Assembly (NCBI GenBank): GCA_001179505.1
Contig: CDMY01000262.1
Location: 62,001-126,000 of the forward strand
DNA from: Vitrella brassicaformis CCMP3155
Taxonomy: Eukaryota; Protista; Chromerida
Direction: 5' to 3'
DNA length: 64,000 nucleotides
Shown: piece by piece, positions 12,600 through 22,861 of the stretch
Layout: each line of letters opens with the position of its first letter
Numbering within the stretch: the first letter of the stretch is position 1
Notes under the pieces: generated by a model
Databases searched by the model: none
What the model was told of the DNA's origin: nothing
The model's input: the letters and a program-made list of their open reading frames with translations, nothing else
Made by a program: the position numbers and the translations under genes

Positions 12600-13300
12600 G
12601 GAATTGAGCTGCAGCAGGTACGCAAAGGCAGAGATCCGTATGGATGCGACATTCATGGCGAAACGTCCTGTGGGCTTCTGAATTGGCTTTTGGTGTCAGA
12701 TCCCATGAAGATCAGTGCCATCCCGTCGTGGCCGATGGATGTCATCCCGTCGTGGCGACCAGACGGTGGGCGGACTCGCTGGGACTGCGCGATGAGTGTG
12801 GACGCATGTGTGCCGCGTGGCTGCCAGTAGGGTGAGCTCTGAGGAGATGCAGCGACGCTTCTCGATCCCGCAAACAACAGCTGACACAGGTCAGGCAGGC
12901 GACGATTGAGAGGCCTCGGTACCACACACAGCTCGGCCATCGGATTTTTCTGGTTGCGTGTTGTGCTCAGATGGGGTGTGGTCTTGAAGACGATTGAAGG
13001 GCTCATTCGGTGCTGCATGGCGGCCACTCGACCCTGCCCCGCCCCTCCCAGCCAGCTGCCCATGCCACCCCCTCACACCGCACACACTCGAGGAGCTGTT
13101 GCCGATGGCGGCACTGCGGCTCGTCGGCCGGAGAGAAGTGCCTGCCGTCGCACCGTGTCAACAACATTCTACGGCACCGGCCTCGTTGATGGGACACGGA
13201 TGTCACTCGCCGGTCGCCGCGGGGCCTCATCGACGTGCACCACGGCGCCGGGTGGTGAAGTGATTCGAGCTGGAAAGGGTTTCATCGATCGAGGGATGGT
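12600..13300 (+). pseudogene. Second, more decayed relic of the same family
   Basis: EEMQRRFS..(gacacag|gt) matches EELQRRFSVLLTQVTQ|gt. The segment gtgctcagatgg..gacgattgaagg repeats the 11546-11581 exon start. Confidence 0.45.
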
Positions 13301-14246
13301 AGTGGCAGACGGGCAGTAGTGAGCAAGGAAGATGCAGGGACGGGTGGACTGGTCCTCGGGGTCTGCCTGAGGTGCACGGTGTTTGTATGGTTGAGTTCTC
13401 GGTTGCTGGGGGATTGGCGGCCTGGGTTGGTATCATAGCAGTGTGGGACACCAGGCAGTTGGTAGCCGCCTTGACCGACTCATTGCTGGAGGGATGCGCA
13501 TACGTGTGTATACTCAATTCTGTCATTCCATCTAACTGAAGATGCTTGAGATTGCCATGGCGACTGCTGTCGGTTGATGATACTCGTTCGTTCAGTTGTC
13601 CGCAACACCATGCATTACTACCGGCCCACATGGTGGCCACACCAAAAGTAATGGAATGCAATACAGAGTCTGATATGGTGTGTGGGTGGCTGAGTGTATG
13701 TTGGGGGGTGGGGGGCGAAGAGAGCCAGCCAGGGGGGGCAGCCAGGGGCGAGGAAGTACAACCGGGCTGCGTCCCTCTCTGTGTGCGGTGTGTCAAGTGC
13801 CAGAGACACAGCAGAGTCCACTCCCCTCTCCCGCTGTCACGACCCGCAAAGAAAACTGGACTCCCCATATCACACATCCATGTATGAATCGTCTCAGCCC
13901 CTTCAGCCAGCCTACACGCCACTCCGCACAATCCCAAACGGTACGCACACACACACACAGGCACATAGGCACATAGGCACGCAGTCAGGCAGCTGGCTAG
14001 GGTAACGGCTGTGTGTATGTCAGTGTGCACACCCATGTATGTGTTGATGTGTTGATGTGTGAATGGTGTGTGTGTGTGTGTTGGGGTGCGTTGGTATGGT
14101 CAGACGGGCGGTCATTGTGTGCCGCCGTAGGAATCGCTGTAGACAAGAAACACACACATGGAGCATAACACGCACGTCGTCGTGAGCGGCCCTCACCAGT
14201 CAGTATGTGTGTGTATTGTCTATTCGTTTTTCTTTTTCTTCTTGGC

Positions 14247-17200
14247 CTACATTAGCGCTATGCGGCTGGCGTTGCGCTCCTCCCTCTCACGCCGCTCCTC
14301 CTCTTTCTTCTCCTCGTCCGCCACTGAGTCTCCGAACGACTCCGCCTGGCGGAGTATGGTATCGATACCCGGCTCCTCGCTTGCAGCAACTGACGTCGAG
14401 CCCGACGCCGAAGCTGGAGACAGCACAACACAGTGCAAGAGAGAGGCAGGCAGGCAGGCAGGCGATGAGCAGACATGCCTTGACTTACCTGCGCCGTCTG
14501 TGTTGAGTCCTGTGTTGGTGATGGTGGTGTTGCCTGCGGCCGTTGCTGGCACGACAGTAGCAGCTGACATGAATGAAGAGAGACACGTGCCCATGTGTGT
14601 GTGCGAGAATGCAGGTAGGTGTATGTGTGGCTCTCGTGACGGGAACTCCCTGAGTGCAATGCGTAGACATGTGTGGTGGGTGCATGGGATGGGGAGCGCT
14701 TTGGAAAGGCCGGCTGCTCACCTTGTTGGTGAACTCGTCCAGCACATGGTTGATTACGCTCTGAAAGGTCCAAGACAAAGCAGTGGGTTGTTCTCTCTTC
14801 CCTCTTCATCTGTGTGTGTGTGTGTGTGTGTCTACCGGGTCGAATGGTTTGATGATCTGGTGAAACGCGTTCTTGTTGATTGTGTAGGTGATCTCGATGC
14901 CACTGCAGCAGCCGAACAGACAGGAAAAAAGACAAGGAGGCGGTTCGGCCACACCTGAACACATCCATCCATCCATCCGTCCACAGTCGCTTACAAGCCC
15001 TGAGAGTGGACTTCTGTGACGGTGGAGTAGTTGATGAAGGCGAATACGTCGTTAGCGATGGGCTCGTTAGCTGGGAAGGACAGCAAGGAGAGGGAAAAGG
15101 CCAGCAATCGACGGCCTCTGTTTTTGTTTGCCCACTGTCTTCGTCGTAGAATGTGAATTTGAGGCCGTCACGCAGCATCTGAACTCTTCCCTGTGGGAAC
15201 GCAAAGGTAGGCAGTGATGTGGTGTAGCGAGAACCAGTGAGTGTGCCTTGGCTGCTCACGTAGCTGTCAGCACCGTCAACAGTGACCCACGACGCAAATC
15301 TCTGGTTCTTGGGTGGCGATTTCTTTTGCGCTGAGAGAGAGAGAGAGAGAGAGAGAGACGGAGGGTGGGGGCGTGGGAGTGGGGTGCTTACCATCAGAGG
15401 ACATGCTCCAACCACGGCGCTCTGACATACGGGAGCAAGAAGAAGGAAGGACCGCATCCACCGATACAGAAATCCATGAGACATCTCCTACCGCCACCAG
15501 TGGATGTCGCATGGTTTTTGTTGTCGGTAGTCTCGGCAATCATGTCGGCGATCCCCTGAGGTGAACATTCCAAGGATAAATGGCAGCGAGTACATGATGT
15601 CTCGTGGTCTTCTCGTCTCACCACGATGCGCAGCTTGGAATAGCTCAACTCGTCGAGCAGAATGGCTGCACTGCACATGTCGCTCTGCACACACAGGGAA
15701 GGGCCGCATCATTCTTACTCTATGTGTCTGTTTGTATGTGTGTCTGCGTGTATGTGTATCGACCTTGGCCTTGAATGCGATTTCGATCTCTGCCTCCGTG
15801 CGAGGCTCGCCAATCTCCCAAAAACGAATCGTCACGAACCTGACACGCACCAGGCACCACACACCACACACAGCATCCAATGGACACCGGAGGAGTCCTT
15901 ACTGTTCGTATCCGTTCCAGGAGTCGAAACGATCGTAGTCCACACTGAGCGAGATGCCTCCGGCTGCACAGACACACCCGAGGAGGAGAGAGAGAGGGAG
16001 GGAGGGAGGGAGAGATCAATCACTCAGTCATCGTTTCCTCGTCACCTGCAGATTTCACGGTCAGACGTGTCTGCGAGATCTCGAGCATGCCCTGCACGCA
16101 GAACGAGGGACAAGACAGCCACACATCAGGTCATGACCGCGACGAATTGGTAGGTACGCACCGAGGAGATGGAGCCACCCGACTGGAATTCGATGTCAGG
16201 GTACGTGGCCACGAATGGGGTAGAGCGTGCCAGCTTGAGGATGTTGTGTGCGGCCTTGCCCGCGTCAGCCTGAGATGAGACACACAGGGGTGGAGAGAGA
16301 GGTGCATTTCGTGTTTCCTGTCGTGCGTGGTGTGTGTGAAGGGACCGACGTTCGCCACGAATTCGAAGGTGCTGCCAGCACACCTGCCGTCGCCACACTT
16401 CCACGACACGGTCACCATGCTGACACCCAACACCACACCACACCACACCACACCACACAATGCTGTCCGCACCGACATGTACATTGTATTATGTCGTGTC
16501 CTTACTTCTGCGTCACGCTCCAGTCAGCCATGCTGTCATACGGTATCGTCATGTCAGCACCGCCACCTGTCGCACAACACAGGGAAAACCGTATCGGTCG
16601 CGTCGCTATCCGCTCTGCTGCTCTGCGTGCGATTGGCATTACCGACAGCAGTGAAGGACAGCTTGGTTTGCAGCAGCTCAAGCCTGCCCTGCACACACAG
16701 CGGAAGACACAGAGTGTGCCACACATCACACCTATTAATGAAGAACAGTGGCTATCTATCGTGCGGTGCAACGAGCTCACCGAGCCCCCATGATGGCCCT
16801 CCACGTGGTGCTGCACGTTGTTGAATGTCGCAACGGCTGAGTGAAGAATGCGGCGCATGACATCCATGAGTCTCTTAGCAATGCCTTTCTTTGCCCACGC
16901 TGGAAGAAGATGCTATGGAATCGCGAGTATCCTGCAGCCACCAATGAGTGAGAGACATGCGGGTGTGAGAGGGAGAGGCGGTGAAGCTGGCCACGTGTGG
17001 TGTCTTGTGGGCGCCCCAAATGCTTACTGAGGTCGGGTTCGTCGGCGCCATCACCACCAACACCACTGGCACCGTCAGATGCACCTACATCGAACAAGAA
17101 GACGGACAATGCAGAGGCCGACACACGAGTGATGGTGAGGCGTCGTGTTCTGTACCCACGACTTCGAGTTCCTTGACCTTCGAGTGGCCACCTGCAGACA

Positions 17201-18339
17201 AACAGCAGCACAGAGCAAGAAGGCACGGAGGGCGTTTGGTCAGCGTCGCGGTTCTTTGTCTTTTGCTGTGGCTGTGTGTCAGTGGCGGGTTGTTACTCTT
17301 GGTGTCCACCGCCGCCGCACGCATCTGTAGGCGACCAGAAATGTGAGGGGGTTGTGTAACGTGTTTGCAGTGTATTGTGTAACGTGTTTTGTCTTTTGTG
17401 TACCTACCTCACTGACACCGAACAGGCCTCCACCAAACACATCGCCACCAAACACAGCACCACCACCGCCACCACCACCACCACCGCCACCTCCTGCACA
17501 CAGAAAGAAGAGAGTGTAGGTAGGTACATGCGACTTCAAGTATGTCAGCCAGCCGTGACTTCACCTACCCATGAGCTGGTGCGACATCAGCGTGCTGCTG
17601 CCGCCGCCAGACTGTGGGGGAGAGGCCCGCGACATGCCTGATACACAGAAGGACAGCAGCCATACAGACAGACAGACAGACGTGCTCGGAGCCTTGCTCA
17701 TTCCCTCACCTATCATGGCAGCCAAGTTGAAGTTGCCTACACGGACAAACGCGCATGGATTGGATCCACAGCACACATGAATGCATTCATTGATGTGGCG
17801 GCATGTTCGGTGCCCCTCACTCATGTGCGTACCGGGGCTTGTGTATTTCTCCTGTGCTCCCTTCTTGGTCAGACTCTGCAGGCCGACGAGGGGCGACTTG
17901 GTCTTGGTCTCTGCAGCACAAGAACAAGGGACGATGTATTCTGGACGGGTGTCCTCCCATCCCTCCCGACTCATCCCGTTCACCTTCCTTGCCGTGAGCC
18001 ACAGTGTCATCGCCTTCTGTGGGTGGGATGGCCGCCGGGGCGCTCGCGCTCCTCTTGAGAGCGACGAACTCCTCTCCTGAACCCGCATCGCACAAACGGC
18101 ATCAGGGCATCCAGTTCTCTGTCGTGTTGGTCTCACCGGCGTTCATCAGCCCCACACTCGAGAGATCGTCCTCACCTACGCGGCATTTGCACTGCATCCA
18201 TCCATGCATCGGTGACGAACTTCAGGCATCTCTTACCACCACGACCGACAGCAGATCCCTGGTCCACCTTGAGCACAGCCGGCTGGTCGACCGCCTTTGT
18301 AGCCGGGTGCTCAACCGCCTTTGCCTTATTGCCCTCCAT
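14247..18339 (-). CDS. Hypothetical multi-exon protein with three tandem beta-rich (PH/GRAM-like) repeats and Gly-rich N-terminal part
   Basis: About 20 small exons with GT-AG sites splice into coherent sequence: GRLELLQTKLSFTAVGGGADMTIPYDSMADWSVTQNMVTVSW; GMLEISQTRLTVKSAAGGISLSVDYDRFDSWNGYEQFVTIRFW; GRVQMLRDGLKFTFYD..FINYSTVTEVHSQ. The start is uncertain. Confidence 0.6.
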
Positions 18340-18486
18340 CACGATCAAGCCGTCCCTGAGGGGCTTCGGCGTTTTCGTTTACGCGAGGGTAGGGTATGGG
18401 GGGGGGTCTCAGTCTCACTTTTTGTAGACACATCGAATTATCGACACCCACGGCGTGGCATGACACAGCACTGGTTCCTCGCTGCG

Positions 18487-18720
18487 TCATGCAAACAATG
18501 CCTCAACCTGCTCGAGGGACTTGCCCTTGGTCTCGGGCACGCAGCGACACACGAACACAATGCCCAAGGCACACATGGTGGCATAAAACATATGCACACC
18601 GCCCTGCGTCAGCGCACTCTGCAGGCTCAGGTAGGTGATGGCCACAAGGGACGATACCAACCTGAGAGAACCGACACGACACAACACAACATACACAGCA
18701 TGAGATCCGCCCACTGCCTG

Positions 18721-18752
<32 letters not shown>

Positions 18753-21197
18753 TTTGTGTGTCTGACCTGCAGACGAGCATAGCCATGCTCATGCCCTTCC
18801 CCCGCAGGCGCATTGGAAAGACCTCTGCCGGGATGATGTAGGCCATCGGACCAACACCCAGCGAGAACGACGAAACGAAGCCCATGAACGCTGCCACCTT
18901 CAGATAAGGGGCGTGGGCGAAGAACCACGCAGCTACGGCGAATGTGTAGAGGCAGGCACTCATCATCAGACAGCTGATCAGCAGCAGGGGGCGCCTGCGA
19001 GCAAACCATTAACAGTCGGGGCGTCTGTCTGCCTTGGTCTCTGACCTGCCCATTTTGTCCACGAGGTATGCGGCGACGACAACGAAAGAGACCTTGACGA
19101 TGCCGATGAGGATGGTGCCGATGAACACCTCCTGCTGGGTCGACAGGCCCACCTGCATCAGGATGATGTCGCTGTAGTAGGTCGCCGCCTCCACGCCCGT
19201 GATCTGGGACAGCAGAGCCACACCAAGACCTGTTCAACACCAGACACACACATGGAAAGAGGTCAAGTCAAGGGAGGGCTCCTTCCATTTCGTATGTACC
19301 TGTGAAGACCATTCTTCGCGCCTTTCCGTCTTGTGGGCACAAGACGTCAAGCCATGAAGCCCCCTGCTGGCTCTCCTGCTTTTGCGCCTCATGGATCTCA
19401 TTCATGGCCTGAGGCAGGACGAGACACACACGCACAGGACGAGAATGGACTTCTGCCTCTGCTGCACGTAGCTGATCACGTCCTTCCCCCACCCATTCAC
19501 CTTATTGATCTCTGATGCGCGCGTGACTTGCATGAGGACGGCGGCAGCCTCCTCATCACGGCCGCGTGACATCAACCAGCGTGGCGGCTCGGGAAGACCA
19601 GACACACCTGCACAAAACACAAAACACAAAACGCAGCCGTGCGCACGGCCATGGATGGCGACATTCGTCTGCGTTGTTCTTCTTGTTCTGCATGTACCTA
19701 ATAAAATGACGACAGGAGGGATCAGCCCCATTCCAATCATGAAGCGCCAGTTGACGGTCGGCGGCAGGTCCACATACACGTAGTTCATGACGTAGCCCAA
19801 CACGATGCCCACGTTGATGGAGATCTCACACATGGTCGTCAGGCCGCCCCTCAGCTGCGCGGGGCTTATCTCCGCGGCATACAGGGGTGTGATGACCAGA
19901 CCCGCACCCACACCCAGCCCCGTGATCATTCTCCCGAGCAACAAGTACTCGAACGTCGGCGTAAAGGTCATGAGAAGCCCGCCAGCGATGAAGGTGAGCG
20001 AGGTGTACATGACGCAGGCGCGACGGCCGTAGGAATCAGCGATCTGCACGAAGAACACACAGACAGGAATGGGAATGAGGCGTGTTGTCTTTGTGTGGCA
20101 TGCATGGGATTGACCGACTGACCGACCATTCCAGCCAAGATGACACCGCCAGTGGCCACCAAGTTCAGAATCCCTATCGTCACCTCCGTCATGAAATCAC
20201 TCAGTCCGAAGGACGATTTGACAAAGACAATAGCCCCCGCCATGACGCCGATGTCATAGCCCAAGAGTGCAGACGTCAAACAAACGAACCCAACGCAAAG
20301 CACCACGAAACACGCAGGCGGCACCCGACACCTGCTCACAGACGGTGGCCCCTGATGGCCGCGGTGCTTGGGTGGCGACCTCCTCTTGGTGGCATAGCCG
20401 TGTTCTCTGAGCTTTGTCCGCTCGCCGAGTGACGTTGACGATGTGTGTGTGGAGGTGGGGGACGCATCGGTGCTGATGGGGGGCGGGGGGAGGGGGGTGA
20501 GCGTGATGCTCGGAGGGGGCAGACAGATGTGGGGAACAGCAGATCTGGCAGACATGGATGGACACGAGAAGAGAAGTGTGCCGGGTAGCGGTTGACGGTT
20601 GCTTGGTTGGGTCGCACGTACCCGTAAATGGTCGGTACAGGGCCATCTGTCGGCCTCGGTGTCAGCACTATCTCCCTGACGAAGCATACAGATGCAGGCA
20701 GGCCTCAAGTGTGCGCCATATGGAGCCTCTGTTTGCTGCGCACCGGAACTCGGCCTCGTGTGATGAGTGCGTGACGATACTGACGTTGGACTCGCGCCGC
20801 AGATAACGCGGAGAGGATCTCCGAGTGACGCCCCTGAACCAAACGGGCCAGACGCACACATCACACACTCAGAGCATCTCGCTCTCCGTCGTGCTCTTCA
20901 CCTGGGCGTCAGGTCAAGGTCATCGTCTTCCTGAAGGCACTCGTGCAGCACCGTGAACCCATTGATGAGCGAAGGTGAACAGGGAGGCGACACACTTGGC
21001 GAGATCTTCTGCAGATGTAGCAACGAAACGAGCACATGAAGATGAAGATGCCTGCAGTGGCTCGTGACGCGCACCTGTTTGTGATTCTCTGCCACATCTT
21101 CCCATGAGGTTTCGGACACAAACCCGTCATCGGTGTTTTCCTCAGAAAGTGGCAAATATCGCTGCCCCGGCGCTCTGCCTCTTCCTTCAGCCCTCAT
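18487..21197 (-). CDS. MFS sugar/polyol porter (SP family) with long N-terminal cytosolic extension
   Basis: Motifs LLGYDIGVMAGA, ADSYGRR, GRMITGLGVG, PLYAAEISP..LRG, WRFMIG, PEPPRWL, QITGVEAATYYS, DKMGRRPLLL, GVGPMAYIIPAEVFP..LRGKG, VPETKGKSLEQ. TGA at 18487. The start is 21197 or 21305. Confidence 0.93.
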
Positions 21198-21303
21198 CTG
21201 GTCCTCCCCTCCTCCGCTTCCCCTTTCTGTGACCTTAGCTCGCAGAGATCTAAGCTCGCAGAGATCTGCTGGCCTTTCGGTTGCCTCTGTGCTCTGATTC
21301 GTC
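21198..21303. promoter_or_regulatory. Putative bidirectional promoter with tandem AGCTCGCAGAGATCT
   Basis: Direct repeat agctcgcagagatct at 21237 and 21253, lying between the divergent transporter and NSDHL starts. Confidence 0.5.
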
Positions 21304-22840
21304 ATGGCGAAGAGTGCCCTGGCGATAGGAGGGTGCGGTTTCCTCGGCCGCTGCCTCGTACCGATGCTCCGGGAATGGGGCTACCGCGTCGCTGTCATGG
21401 ACCTGGCGCCCAACTGCTATGAAGCACACACGGTGGGGAGAAACGTTGCAAGCAAGAGAGAGATGGGCAGGTGTGGTGCATGTCGATCTGTGCTTTGCGC
21501 TGTGCAGGATGTGTCGTATGTGCACGGTGATCTGACGTCGGCTGCTGACCTCGACAGGGCGATGGGCGGCATCGATGTGGTCCTGCACGTGGCGTCGCCC
21601 AATCCGCAGAAGCTCGACAGGGCCCTCTTCCAAAAAGTCAATGTGGACGGCACTCAGGTGAGTGAGTGAGTCCAACAATACACACAGATAGACATCTGGG
21701 CCAGGCCATCTGCATGACGAACGAGTGTGTCGTGTGGTCCAGGCCATCATCGCTGCCTGCGTCCGCAATGGCGTGCCGTGCCTCGTGTACACCAGCTCGG
21801 CCAGTGTGGTGTTCGGCACTACGGGCCTGGAGGGGGCGGACGAGTCCATCCCCTACCCTGCATACCAGCCAGACGACTACAGCCACTCCAAGATGCGGGC
21901 AGAAAAGGTCAAGCAGGCAGGCACACACACGCACACTCTTTTTGTACATCGCTGTCATAGGGTTTGTGTGTGTGGTGGGGTGCATCCGTCAGATGGTGCT
22001 GGATGCTCACAGCGTGGGCGGTCTGCACACGGTGGCGTTGCGGCCCCACGGCATCTTTGGCATCGACGACCCTGGCTGCATGGGCGGCTTCCTAGAGGCA
22101 GGCCGCAAAGGCAAACTCAAGACCATACTCGGCAATGGAGACAATGTCGTCGACTTCACGTAAACGAAGTCACACTCGCGCTGTGTGACAAGACAATGTC
22201 GTCGACTTCCTTGCTGTGTGTATGCAGGTGTGTGGAGAATGTCGCTCATGGTCACGTGTTGGCTGCGGATGCGCTGCTCAAGGATGGCGGGGCGTCGAGG
22301 GTGGGCGGCAAGGCATACAATCTCACCAATGCCGAGCCCATTCGCTTCTGGAGCTTCGCTGCCAAGATATGCGGAGAGATGGGGTGCGTGAATGACACAC
22401 ATCTGCAGCCAGTCACATGCATGTGCTGTTTGGGTGGTGTCAGGTTCGATGTGCCTCGTTACAAGATCCCCTACTGGCTTGCACTGGTGGCTGCCAACGT
22501 CTCCGAGGCACTCATCGGCGAAGACGCCCACCTTACAGTCAAAAAGTACACACAGACACCACCGCAACACCACACACACGACCGTGCCACATTCACTTCC
22601 TCTCCTGTGCTGTGTGTGAGCAGGGTGCGTCTGGCCGGTCTGCCCCACTGGTACCGTTGTGATGCGGCACAGAGGGACTTCGGTTATGCGCCGATTCTGT
22701 CGCTCGAGGACGGCCTCAAGAAGGCGTGCGCAGCCGCAAGGGAGGCGCAGGCACAGAAGGGCGAGACAGCCAAAGTGCCACCGAGAGCACCGCCACCGAG
22801 TGAGGAGGCAACAAGAAAAGAGAGGAGGAAGGACACGTGA
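21304..22840 (+). CDS. NSDHL: Sterol-4-alpha-carboxylate 3-dehydrogenase (3beta-HSD/decarboxylase, NSDHL/ERG26); probably the N-terminal half of a fusion with CYP51
   Basis: Rossmann GGCGFLG, VLHVASP, VNVDGT, LVYTSSASVVF, catalytic YSHSK, LRPHGIFG, GNGDNVVDFT.VENVAHGH, AYNLTN.EP..FW, H(W)Y.CD.A.RDFGYAP. Seven exons. Confidence 0.92.
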
Positions 22841-22861
22841 GCGGCGTCTGTTGCTTCGTGT

